A stretch of 64,000 nucleotides of DNA, from positions 2,176,001-2,240,000 of the forward strand of contig CBDCTJ010000007.1 of assembly GCA_965222115.1 (NCBI GenBank), read 5' to 3'. Below, one piece after another: positions 9,121-18,116 of the stretch (the stretch's first letter is position 1; each line of letters begins with the position of its first letter). This DNA comes from Planctomycetota bacterium (GTDB taxonomy: Bacteria > Planctomycetota > PLA2 > JAEUHO01). Made by a program: the position numbers and the translations under genes. A model generated the notes under the pieces. That model saw only the letters and a list, made by a program, of their open reading frames with translations, was not told the DNA's origin and searched no databases.

Positions 9121-10524
9121 ATGAGATCCAGGCAACCAACGATTTCGGTGATTGTGCTACTGATGTTTGCCTTGCCGGCGGTTGTTGTAGCGGCGCCGAA
9201 GAAGAAGAAGTCACCAAAGAAGGGGAAGGTCACAGCGGTCAGTACATTTGAGGGATCGGACTGGGAAGAGCATGCCTACGCCGATGGATTGGACGTAAAG
9301 CGGATCAAGCGCGGCGATGAATATGCTCTTCGTTTGACGGTACCCGATGGCGCCGAGCAACCGCGTGTCATTCTCGATCCCACGCCTGCCGACATTCGAA
9401 AATTTCGAAGCATTCGCTTCTGGATCCGCGGCACGGGTGCAATGAATCCCAAACCGTACCTTCGCCTGATCAACGACGATGCTTGGTACATGGACGTTCG
9501 GCTGAAGGGAATTACGAGCGAATGGCAACGCATGGAAATTCGATTGGCCGCGATGCGGCCAAGTCAGGGATTTGATCCGGACCAAGTTTCAGGCGTTAGT
9601 TTCACATGGTTCGATGCCAAGGCCTGCACACTCGACGTCGACAACGTCGAGTTCGTGGAAGGTGAGGGGAACTGGCGGTATTCCGATAAAGAAATGTGTG
9701 AACAGTTCTTCGGCAAAGAACGCGCCAAGAAGGTTAGGAAGCAAAAGACCAAGCATTTTCAAATTTGGAGTGATACCAAGGCAGCTCGAAAGAAGTTTCC
9801 CAAAGAACTGGAGAAGACCTATGAGCGCATTCGATCGTGGCTGCAGCTTGAGGAGATGAAGAAGCCCCTTCCGGTCTACGTGTTCCAGAATCCCCAACTC
9901 TATTGGGACTTTTGCGCGCGCCATTTGGGGTGGAGCCGTCAAGAGGCTCAAGAATCGGCCGGTCACGGATCGGGTGAGTATTTCGCAACCTATTTCCAAG
10001 GGAACCGAACACCCACGGTCACGCACGAACTCACGCATGCGATGTTTGATCGCGCGGTGGGTTGGGGCGGGGGCTCCGCGTTCCAGGAAGGTGTCGCCGT
10101 CTACTGTGAAGAGCGTGACGCCAAGAAGAGTGCGGCGAAGTTGTTTTCGGCAACGTTACGAGGCGGGCGTCATGTCCCGCTCCGAGAGTTTCTTACCACG
10201 GAAATGCTCATTCGTTCCAATGACACGTCGGGTGGTGCTCGCACGGCAGACACGTTGTACGCGCAGGCCGGAGCGTTCTTTGAGTTCCTTGTTCGTTCCG
10301 AGTGGGCACGTGCGGACCATTCAGGTGAACTGAAAGGGAAGGTCAATCCCGTGGGACAATTGCCCCCGGCCATTCACCCGCGCATCGTGAAGATCGCGGA
10401 ATCCCGGGAAGTGGGCGACGCACTCATGCAGGTGATCGAGAAGCTCTTCGGCGTTTCGATTGAGGAGATGGAGAAAGCATGGGTTGCCTGGGGCGGTAAA
10501 CCCCCGAAGCCGCTCAAGAAGTAG
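9121..10524 (+). CDS. Secreted protein: carbohydrate-binding-like beta-sandwich plus HExxH metallopeptidase-like (DUF1570/peptidase MA-like) domain
   Basis: Signal peptide; IRFWIRG...WQRMEIRL...FDPDQVSGVSF...LDVDNVEF (CBM11/CIA30-like); THELTHA...FQEGVA.Y.E gluzincin-like pattern. Confidence 0.72.
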   Translation: MRSRQPTISVIVLLMFALPAVVVAAPKKKKSPKKGKVTAVSTFEGSDWEEHAYADGLDVKRIKRGDEYALRLTVPDGAEQPRVILDPTPADIRKFRSIRFWIRGTGAMNPKPYLRLINDDAWYMDVRLKGITSEWQRMEIRLAAMRPSQGFDPDQVSGVSFTWFDAKACTLDVDNVEFVEGEGNWRYSDKEMCEQFFGKERAKKVRKQKTKHFQIWSDTKAARKKFPKELEKTYERIRSWLQLEEMKKPLPVYVFQNPQLYWDFCARHLGWSRQEAQESAGHGSGEYFATYFQGNRTPTVTHELTHAMFDRAVGWGGGSAFQEGVAVYCEERDAKKSAAKLFSATLRGGRHVPLREFLTTEMLIRSNDTSGGARTADTLYAQAGAFFEFLVRSEWARADHSGELKGKVNPVGQLPPAIHPRIVKIAESREVGDALMQVIEKLFGVSIEEMEKAWVAWGGKPPKPLKK

Positions 10525-10620
10525 GGAGCAGATGCAGAGCATGCGTGACCAGGGAGTGCGCCTGAGTCGCTCGACCCTCCAAAACGCGCCCCTCCCTCGC
10601 GAACTTCGTATCGTCTCCCC

Positions 10621-11946
10621 ATGAAGACCAAGCTACAGATTGCTCTCGACCAAGTTGACCTTCACCGGGCGTTGCGCGCGGCGAAAGAAGCCGTAGCCGG
10701 TGGTGTCCACATTCTTGAAGTCGGTACGCCATTGCTCAAGGCCGAAGGCCTTTCGGCGATTCGGGAGCTTCGCAAGGCCTTTCCGAAGCACGACATTGTG
10801 TGCGACGGAAAGACGATGGATGCCGGTCGGCTCGAGTTGGAGGCGGCGGCAAAGGCAGGCGCGACGTGGGGGACGGTGCTTGGTGTGGCGTCGGACAGCA
10901 CGTTGAAGGAATGCGTTGAGGCTGGGCGCAACTACGGCATTTCGGTGCTTGTTGATTTGCTTGGTTGTGAAGACCCTGCCAGTCGGGCGAAATTCGCTGA
11001 GTCCATCGGTGCGAACGCGGTCAATGTGCACTGCCCGATCGACGATCAGGTGCGCGGACACGATCCGTTGGAAACCCTGCGAGCTGTGCGCTCTGCAGTG
11101 TCTATTCCTGTAACTGTTGCGGGGGGCATCAATGCTCGAACCGCGCCGGTCATGGTTGAGGCCGGGGCCGACGTGTTGATCGTGGGAGGGGCGATTACCA
11201 AAGCGAAGGATGCCGAAGTTGCAACACGCAGCATTCTCAAGGCAATGAAGTCCGGCAAAGCCGGCGAAAGTGACGTGGCCGATCGCGTGAGTTCCACCGA
11301 AGCCATGCGCAAGCTTCTGATTGAGGTATCGACGCCCAATATCAGCGACGCAATGCATCGTCATCCTTGTTGGTGGGGGCTTATGCATACGCAGCCCGAT
11401 GCGCGTATTGCCGGTCCGGCGGTGACGTGTCGTTCCGTACCGGGTGATTGGGCCAAACCCGTTGAAGCCATCGATCGCTGTGAGCCAGGGGACGTTCTTG
11501 TGATCGACGCCGGAGGCAAGCCGCCTGCGGTGTGGGGCGAGTTGGCGACGCACAGTGCCAAGAATCGCGGGCTCGCGGGTGTAGTGGTGCTGGGTGCCAT
11601 TCGGGATACGCGAGACATTCAGGAAATTGGCCTGCCGGTCTTCGCCACGACGCATTGTTCGCACGCCGGTGAGCCCAAGGGCTTCGGTGAAATGCAGGTT
11701 CGGCTCAGCTACGACGGCATCGACTGTCACCCCGGCGACTGGATTGTGGCCGATGCCGATGGCGTGATGGTGTTGCCCAAGCTGGAAGCCATTGAGATCG
11801 CCAATCGCGCCATGTACTGCCTCGAAGCAGAGAATCGAATCCGCGCGGAAATTCAGGGCGACGGCGGCACCCTCGCCGAGGTCGTGGATCTCTACAAATG
11901 GGAGAAGCAAGTCGTTTCTGGCGGGGACGCGCCGGGCGAGACGTAG
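10621..11946 (+). CDS. hxlA: 3-hexulose-6-phosphate synthase domain fused to RraA/HMG-aldolase-like domain
   Basis: N-term LQIALD, EVGTPL, DGKTMDAG, VAGGI, IVGGAI; C-term STPNISDAM, PGDVLVID, WGEL, GAIRD, PGDWIVADADGV. Confidence 0.85.
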   Translation: MKTKLQIALDQVDLHRALRAAKEAVAGGVHILEVGTPLLKAEGLSAIRELRKAFPKHDIVCDGKTMDAGRLELEAAAKAGATWGTVLGVASDSTLKECVEAGRNYGISVLVDLLGCEDPASRAKFAESIGANAVNVHCPIDDQVRGHDPLETLRAVRSAVSIPVTVAGGINARTAPVMVEAGADVLIVGGAITKAKDAEVATRSILKAMKSGKAGESDVADRVSSTEAMRKLLIEVSTPNISDAMHRHPCWWGLMHTQPDARIAGPAVTCRSVPGDWAKPVEAIDRCEPGDVLVIDAGGKPPAVWGELATHSAKNRGLAGVVVLGAIRDTRDIQEIGLPVFATTHCSHAGEPKGFGEMQVRLSYDGIDCHPGDWIVADADGVMVLPKLEAIEIANRAMYCLEAENRIRAEIQGDGGTLAEVVDLYKWEKQVVSGGDAPGET

Positions 11947-11978
11947 TCACCCGTGCCCTCCCTGTTTTACTGCGCGTC

Positions 11979-12197
11979 ATGAGTCGTATTTCCATCACCG
12001 TCAATGGCGACGCGCACGATTTCGCCACCGACCAGGGCGAGGCCACCGTGTCGCAATTGCTGACCCACTTGGAACTTGCCGACACGCGCGTGGCCGTCGA
12101 GGTCAACGGCGACATCGTCCCTCGCGATCGGCATCAAGCCCATGTGTTGCGTGACGGTGACCGCATTGAAATCGTAACCTTTGTTGGTGGAGGGTAG
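11979..12197 (+). CDS. thiS: Sulfur carrier protein ThiS
   Basis: [16 protein letters not shown]-terminal [10 protein letters not shown]; directly upstream of thiG. Confidence 0.93.
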   Translation: MSRISITVNGDAHDFATDQGEATVSQLLTHLELADTRVAVEVNGDIVPRDRHQAHVLRDGDRIEIVTFVGGG

Positions 12198-12201
12198 CGC
12201 C

Positions 12202-12993
12202 GTGACGGATCAACCCCTGCGCGTCGGCACGCACACGTTTACGAGTCGCCTTTTCGTGGGCACGGGTAAGTACACGTCCAATGAAGAGACCGTGCAGGCC
12301 TTAGATGCGAGCGGGACGGAGTGTGTCACTGTTGCGCTTCGTCGCGTTGACCTCACGCGCAAAGATGGCGAGAACTTGCTCGATGCACTTGGGAATCGCT
12401 GGACGTTGCTGCCCAATACAGCGGGGTGTTTCACAGCCGATGAAGCCGTGCGCACATTGCGACTTGCACGCGAACTTGGCATTGCCGATCTTGTGAAGCT
12501 TGAGGTGTTATCCGATCCCAAGACGCTTTTGCCGGATGTGATCGAGACATTGAACGCGCTCGAGACATTGGTGAAGGAGGATTTCTCTGTGTTGGTCTAC
12601 ACCAACGACGACCTCGTCACCGCGCGCAAGCTTGAAGATGCTGGTGCGGCAGCCGTAATGCCCCTTGGCAGTGCCATTGGCTCGGGATTGGGGATTCTCA
12701 ACCCCTACAACTTGGAGCGCATTGTAGAGCAGGCGTCGGTGCCCATCATTGTGGACGCGGGCGTTGGCACGGCGTCGGATGTTGCGGTTGCCATGGAACT
12801 CGGCTGCGACGGTGTGTTGCTCAATACAGGCATTGCGAAAGCCGACAATCCGATCCTCATGGCTGCAGCAATGCGCGATGCGTGTGTCGCGGGTAGAAAC
12901 GCCTTCTTGGCAGGCCGAATGCCCAAGGGCGGTGCGTCACCTTCTAGCCCCACGACGGGCGTTGTGGCGCCTAAGGCACCGGCGCGCGCGTAA
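12202..12993 (+). CDS. thiG: Thiazole synthase
   Basis: [45 protein letters not shown]. Confidence 0.96.
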   Translation: MTDQPLRVGTHTFTSRLFVGTGKYTSNEETVQALDASGTECVTVALRRVDLTRKDGENLLDALGNRWTLLPNTAGCFTADEAVRTLRLARELGIADLVKLEVLSDPKTLLPDVIETLNALETLVKEDFSVLVYTNDDLVTARKLEDAGAAAVMPLGSAIGSGLGILNPYNLERIVEQASVPIIVDAGVGTASDVAVAMELGCDGVLLNTGIAKADNPILMAAAMRDACVAGRNAFLAGRMPKGGASPSSPTTGVVAPKAPARA

Positions 12994-13997
12994 TGCAGCG
13001 TATTCTTTGTTTGCTACTCGCATGCCTGTTCGTCCTAACGTGTGCGCAGCCATGCGTGGCGAAGGAGGCACCAACGCCGGAACCGAAGTCTGAGGTGACG
13101 GTGCCCGCAGACGATAGTGAAGGCGCGAAGCGGAAGGCGCCGCTTCTAACGCAGCGTCAGTTTTCCAGTGTGCTTGAGCATGGTCCAGCGGGCAACTATC
13201 TGTTGGCGATGCTCTTCCTGAAATACGCACTTGCAGCGCTTGGACTGTTCTTCTTGATTCAGTGGATTCGTGAGTCCAAGCCAATGGGCGTCCCCGTCCT
13301 GACGCATGGGCCAACAACACCGCTCGAACTTGGTGACGGTATATGGATCGTCTTGGGCGCCCTCATATTGCCATCGTTCGTGCTCCTCGCACTTGGCCAT
13401 TCGCAAGACGATCCACTCATTGAGCGCCGTGCGCGCGAGTTCGCCGCCTCGTTCGCTGTGGGGATTCCCATCGTGGCGCTCGTCACCATGCGCCGTTGGC
13501 GGCTTACGAAGTCGCGCTTGCCGTCATGGGGTAGCGCACTCAACATTGGGTTTCAAGGGTTGTGCGTGGGTACGTTTTTCATGTTGGGCATCGCCCTCCT
13601 GACTGCACAAATTATGGCCGCGACAGGGCACCAACCCCGTGTCCAGCGTCTCGTTCAAGAGGGGCTATCCAGTTCCACCGTGTCGTGGATGGTCGCCGCG
13701 TTTGGCGTCTTCGTTGCACCACTGGTCGAGGAAGTGTTGTTTCGAGGATTGTTGTATCCGGCGCTCAAAACTGCGTTTGCCAAGATCGATCGGCCCGCCG
13801 TTTGGTCGGCCATTGTCACGTCCTTTGTCTTTGCTTTGATTCACGGCAGCCTTACCGCATTCGGGCCGCTCTTTGCCCTCGCCATGGTGCTCGCTTGGGT
13901 CATGGAAAAAACGAATAGTTTGGCGGCGTGTGTGTTGCTCCATGCCATGAACAACGTGATTGCCGCCATGCCCCAAGTGCTGCATCACATCGCGTAA
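12993..13997 (+). CDS. CPBP (Abi/CAAX) family intramembrane glutamic endopeptidase
   Basis: Multiple TM segments; APLVEEVLFRG, FALIH, LHAMNN. Confidence 0.88.
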   Translation: MQRILCLLLACLFVLTCAQPCVAKEAPTPEPKSEVTVPADDSEGAKRKAPLLTQRQFSSVLEHGPAGNYLLAMLFLKYALAALGLFFLIQWIRESKPMGVPVLTHGPTTPLELGDGIWIVLGALILPSFVLLALGHSQDDPLIERRAREFAASFAVGIPIVALVTMRRWRLTKSRLPSWGSALNIGFQGLCVGTFFMLGIALLTAQIMAATGHQPRVQRLVQEGLSSSTVSWMVAAFGVFVAPLVEEVLFRGLLYPALKTAFAKIDRPAVWSAIVTSFVFALIHGSLTAFGPLFALAMVLAWVMEKTNSLAACVLLHAMNNVIAAMPQVLHHIA

Positions 13998-14013
13998 TTC
14001 GAGGAGACGTATT

Positions 14014-14571
14014 GTGAACGCATCCCCCGGTGGTTCGCGGCTCCGAAAGGCGCGACTCCTGCGCGTAAAGCAGGCCTATGTGGCTGACTCGGCCACCGTC
14101 ACAGCGGAAGTGATCCTGGGTCAGGACACCAACATTTGGTACGGGGTCATGATCCGCGGGGATGATGCGGCGATCACGATTGGGCATCGTACCAATGTGC
14201 AGGATGGCACCGTTGTGCATGTAGATCCCGGTGCACCCAACGTGATTGGCAATGACGTCACCATTGGCCACGGCGCGGTTGTTCACGGTGTAGAAGTTGG
14301 ATCGTACTCCTTGATCGCCATGGGCGCGATTCTGTTGGGCGGCAGCAAAATTGGCGAGGGCAGCATCGTTGGCGCGGGTGCCGTCGTACTTGAGAACGCC
14401 GTCATTCCACCCTACAGCTTGGTTGTGGGCACGCCGGGCAAGGTGGTTCGGACTCTGGATCCCGGAGAGCGTAAGCGATCGGCGATTGCCCATGCGGCGG
14501 GGTATGTTGAGCAGGCGCGGCGCCATGCGCGAGGTGATTGGGACAACATGATTTCGGCCTTGAAGGGGTGA
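14014..14571 (+). CDS. Gamma carbonic anhydrase family (YrdA/CaiE-like) hexapeptide protein
   Basis: IRGD, TNVQDGTVVH, VTIGHGAVVHG; GAGGAG RBS before GTG at 14014. Confidence 0.9.
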   Translation: MNASPGGSRLRKARLLRVKQAYVADSATVTAEVILGQDTNIWYGVMIRGDDAAITIGHRTNVQDGTVVHVDPGAPNVIGNDVTIGHGAVVHGVEVGSYSLIAMGAILLGGSKIGEGSIVGAGAVVLENAVIPPYSLVVGTPGKVVRTLDPGERKRSAIAHAAGYVEQARRHARGDWDNMISALKG

Positions 14572-14669
14572 ACGGCTTCAACACGTCCTGAGTCTTAATC
14601 CTTCTCCTGAACCGTATCCGTATCCCGTCCCAACCAAACACGTTGACCAACCCAAGTCGGGGTCAGGCG

Positions 14670-15164
14670 CTAAACCCACATACCGGTGATCTTGGCTTCA
14701 ACGCCGAGTTTCGTGGGGGCCGAACCCAAGAACCCCTGTGTGTCAAACACCGCGCGCCGGGGGCGAATCTCCATTCGCTGCCCGACGATGATGAGTCGCT
14801 CAGGGGGCACCACCGTCGAGCGAAACTTCACATTGTCGATGCCACCGAATCCGAAGATGCGATCCTTGTACTTGTCGCCGTCATAGATCTGATGGACGAA
14901 CCACGAACACAGTTGTGCCGCACATTCCAGCATAAGTACGCCGGGCATGAGCGGGCGACCGGGGCAGTGACCCCGTGACCACCAGATATCTTCGGGGATG
15001 TCCAGGACACCAACGGCAATACCCGTCTCTAGATCGAAGTGGCAGATGTGACTGAGTTGTTCAAATTCGTATCGCTGCGGATTGTGTTTACGAATGTCTT
15101 CGATCGAAACGGCGACCTTGTCGAGGTCGATCGTCGAAATGTCGAACAGTGCTTTCCGCGGCAT
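14670..15164 (-). CDS. fabZ: 3-hydroxyacyl-ACP dehydratase (FabZ/FabA hotdog fold)
   Basis: NPQRYEF, GHCPGRPLMPGVLMLECAAQ, IDNVKFR; GGAGG RBS. Confidence 0.85.
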   Translation of the reverse strand: MPRKALFDISTIDLDKVAVSIEDIRKHNPQRYEFEQLSHICHFDLETGIAVGVLDIPEDIWWSRGHCPGRPLMPGVLMLECAAQLCSWFVHQIYDGDKYKDRIFGFGGIDNVKFRSTVVPPERLIIVGQRMEIRPRRAVFDTQGFLGSAPTKLGVEAKITGMWV

Positions 15165-15292
15165 ACACCACCTCCGAGGGCGGGAGCTTACGGCACCGCG
15201 ACCGGAGTTCGAAACGACGCGCCGGAGTCGATTCACGCTTCTCGCGACTTCCGATGGAACAACCACGATGCGACCGTTGGTATGCTTCAGAA

Positions 15293-16717
15293 ATGAGAAT
15301 CATTCATCGCCGCGGTGCCCTCGGATTGCTTGTCGCGACGCTAACAATCGTTGCTGGATGCGGTGGTGGCGGCAGTGACGATGAGGTCGCGTCGCCCGCG
15401 CTCGATACACGCCTCAATACCGACCCCGCCGGCGCGGAACTCAGCCAAACTCCCACCATTTGCTGCGACGGCAATCACGTGTACGTGGCGTGGTCAGATC
15501 GGCGCGACGGCGGCCTCGACATTCGTTTCAATCGATCGCTGGACTGGGGCCAGAGCTGGCTCGCGACGGACCTCAGACTCGACACCGACGCGATCGGCGC
15601 CGCAGGGTCCACGGTGCCCGCCCTCTGCTGCAATGGCAACAACGTGTATGCGTGTTGGCACGACGAGCGCAATGGCTTTGGCGACATCTACTTCAATGTG
15701 TCTCGCGATGCCGGTGCGAGTTTCCTGAGCAGTGACATCCGTCTCGACACGTCGTCCATCGGTTCGACGCGCAGTCGCGAACCGCAGATCTGCTGTGCCG
15801 GCGATACGGTGTACGTGGTTTGGGAGGACAATCGAAACGGCGGTTGGGATATCTACTTCAATCGTTCGCTCGATGGCGGTACGACGTGGCTTGCCAGTGA
15901 CGTGCGGATCAATACGGATGCGGCAGGGGCAGACAACGCGCGTTCCCCGCAAATCGCGTGCGTTGGTACCACCGTGTTCATTGCGTGGGAAGATGAACGG
16001 GACGGCGGCAATGATGTGAGGTTTTCGCGTTCGCTTGATCGCGGTGCCACGTGGTCCACGTCGGACACGCGCATCAACGTGGGAACGGCGGCGGGCGGGT
16101 TCGTCACGTCCTTCTCGCTCAGAGCATCAGGAAATGTTGTGGCCGTTGCTTGGGGCGATATGCGGTCGGGCATGGCCGATATCTATGTGAATCGCAGCGC
16201 CAATCAGGGCGCCACGTGGTTTCTCAATGATGTGCGCGTAAACGAGGGGACCGCGGGCGCGAACCACTCGCACAGCGTTGATACGTGTATGTTTGCCGAT
16301 CAGCTCTATGTTGTGTGGGCCGACGATCGAAATGGCTTGGACGACATCTACTTCAATCGTTCGCTGGACGGTGGCGTGTCGTGGATCGCCAATGACATTC
16401 GGCTGGAATCCGACACGCCCGGCGCCTATACATCGACGTTGCCCACCATTGCCTGTGATCAAGATCGTGTGAGCGTTGCGTGGTACGACAACCGCTTTGG
16501 CGCCCAGGATATCTTTCTCAATCACTCGCCGGATCGAGGTGGATCGTGGCTCATCGAAGAGGAGCGCGTCGATGATGATCCGGCGGGATCGGGCCATTCG
16601 TTGCAGCCCAAGGCGTGTAGCGAAGGCAGTCGCGTGTGGGTCACATGGACCGATCAGCGTGACGGTCCGGGCGATGTCTACTTGCGAGCCGCCGACTTTG
16701 GCACCTTGGGGATCTAG
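15293..16717 (+). CDS. Asp-box/BNR-repeat beta-propeller lipoprotein (8 blades)
   Basis: Lipobox VAGC; eight ~58-aa repeats with W.D.R.G..D[IV] and SxDxGxxW Asp-boxes (the last repeat is truncated before the box). Confidence 0.85.
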   Translation: MRIIHRRGALGLLVATLTIVAGCGGGGSDDEVASPALDTRLNTDPAGAELSQTPTICCDGNHVYVAWSDRRDGGLDIRFNRSLDWGQSWLATDLRLDTDAIGAAGSTVPALCCNGNNVYACWHDERNGFGDIYFNVSRDAGASFLSSDIRLDTSSIGSTRSREPQICCAGDTVYVVWEDNRNGGWDIYFNRSLDGGTTWLASDVRINTDAAGADNARSPQIACVGTTVFIAWEDERDGGNDVRFSRSLDRGATWSTSDTRINVGTAAGGFVTSFSLRASGNVVAVAWGDMRSGMADIYVNRSANQGATWFLNDVRVNEGTAGANHSHSVDTCMFADQLYVVWADDRNGLDDIYFNRSLDGGVSWIANDIRLESDTPGAYTSTLPTIACDQDRVSVAWYDNRFGAQDIFLNHSPDRGGSWLIEEERVDDDPAGSGHSLQPKACSEGSRVWVTWTDQRDGPGDVYLRAADFGTLGI

Positions 16718-16731
16718 GACTGAGAATTCGG

Positions 16732-16737
16732 TATAAT
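16732..16737 (+). promoter_or_regulatory. Possible sigma70 -10 box for the downstream gene
   Basis: Perfect TATAAT ~40 nt upstream of the ATG at 16779; no convincing -35. Confidence 0.35.
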
Positions 16738-16778
16738 CACCGGTCATTCGCAGTCGCTTGATTGGTCAGGAGGCGTCC

Positions 16779-17711
16779 ATGGTTGCTTTTTCGCGTCGAC
16801 CGCTCATACATAAACGCAGCGCGTTTTACATATTCCTACTCTTGATGCTTACTGGGGGTTTCACCGTAGACAACCGTGCCTTGGCCGAGGAAGACGAGAA
16901 GAAGGAAGAGAAGGAAGAAGAGTACGACGACGACAAGGATCCCTTTGCCGATTCGCCCGATAGCAAGATGGAAGTGCCTGCCGAGAAGAAGACCAAGAAG
17001 GATTCCTTTGAGGAGGAAAAGCCTCCCGTCCTTCGCGAGATGGAGAGCGACGAGGCGAAGCCGCTTACCGATGCACTAAAAAAGGCTGCCAAGAAAAAGG
17101 ATGCCGCCCCGGCCTTGAAGGCGATTGCCGCCTTGGCAAAGGTCAAGCACGAGAGCTTTGCCAAGCCACTCATCAAGCTCCTGTCGCACGACAGTAGTAA
17201 AGTGGCGTCAGAGGCGGCGCTTGCGCTTAGCTATCGCTGCGACGACGCCAAGTTGCGTAAGAAATTGTGGAAGGCCTCCTACGGGCACAATGCCAACAAG
17301 CGCCGCTACCGAGTGAAGGGAAAATTCTTGCGCATGCTTGCGCGCATGGGCATCACGATCGACGCGCGACAATACAAAGATGTTGAACGCGACTTCCGTG
17401 CAATCAATGGCAATCCCTCGGAGTCGGCGGGTAAAGCCTTTGCGGACTTTGCGTGGTACGCAGGCACCGTCAAGGACAAGCGCTTTGCACGTGCGTTGGC
17501 CGAGCAGCTCGATGAGCCGGCACCGGCGGATGTCAACTCGCCCAGCAACCCCCCGGCAAGCTGGTGGGAGAAGAAGTGGAATATGTGGAAGGAGTGCCGC
17601 GCTGGCGCCGCGCGGGCGCTGCGGCAGATTACCGGCAAGGAGTTTGAGAAGACCGCTGAGGCGAAGAAGTGGATCAAGGGGCCCGGGAAGAAGCTCGGAT
17701 TCGATTGGTAA
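16779..17711 (+). CDS. Secreted HEAT-repeat protein with acidic N-terminal segment
   Basis: AGGAGG RBS; signal peptide ending ALA; LIKLLSHDSSKVASEAALAL; C-terminal ALRQITGKEF....W. Confidence 0.75.
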   Translation: MVAFSRRPLIHKRSAFYIFLLLMLTGGFTVDNRALAEEDEKKEEKEEEYDDDKDPFADSPDSKMEVPAEKKTKKDSFEEEKPPVLREMESDEAKPLTDALKKAAKKKDAAPALKAIAALAKVKHESFAKPLIKLLSHDSSKVASEAALALSYRCDDAKLRKKLWKASYGHNANKRRYRVKGKFLRMLARMGITIDARQYKDVERDFRAINGNPSESAGKAFADFAWYAGTVKDKRFARALAEQLDEPAPADVNSPSNPPASWWEKKWNMWKECRAGAARALRQITGKEFEKTAEAKKWIKGPGKKLGFDW

Positions 17712-17773
17712 CCACACGTTAGCGTTTTGTTTTATATCTGTTCGCCGCTCGCCGATCGAGGGCGGCGCGCATT

Positions 17774-17936
17774 GCTCCGGGGTTCCCTTTCGGGGTCCTG
17801 GATTACATACTGCATTTGGCTTAGACGAACCGACCGGGGTCAGTCACATCGGCATTGGGGACGGCGGGAAGAAAGCCCTCCCACGGTGTAGCCGGTAGTC
17901 CCATACGGGTCGTTGACCATGCGTGGAACCCGGAGC
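17774..17936 (-). ncRNA. Candidate structured ncRNA (long imperfect rod, 6S RNA-like)
   Basis: Ends pair (GCUCCGGGUUCC / GGAACCCCGGAGC); nested helices GCAU/AUGC, CGACC/GGUCG, CGGC/GCCG, GGGAGG/CUUCCC; G-U pairs favour the minus strand; TATATA just upstream on minus. Confidence 0.4.
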
Positions 17937-18116
17937 CGGGCGGCGTCTGCTATATACTTTTGTCCCATCCCGATTTTGTGACTGCGCGCTCCCAACCGTG
18001 GGGGTGTGTCAGCGGTTGCAGTAGGCAATCGGGTTGCATCTACCTACGCCCACGCCGGGATGTAACCATTTTGGATTCGTCGTGGGTCGTCGAATGACCG
18101 TGTCTCCGGAGACTCT

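Noticed and set aside
10633-11910. 425-aa minus-strand ORF
   Set aside because: Antisense shadow of the HPS-RraA gene.
17733-17767. Hairpin after the 16779-17711 gene as a terminator
   Set aside because: The T-run precedes rather than follows the stem on plus, and minus is followed by A's; not a standard intrinsic terminator.
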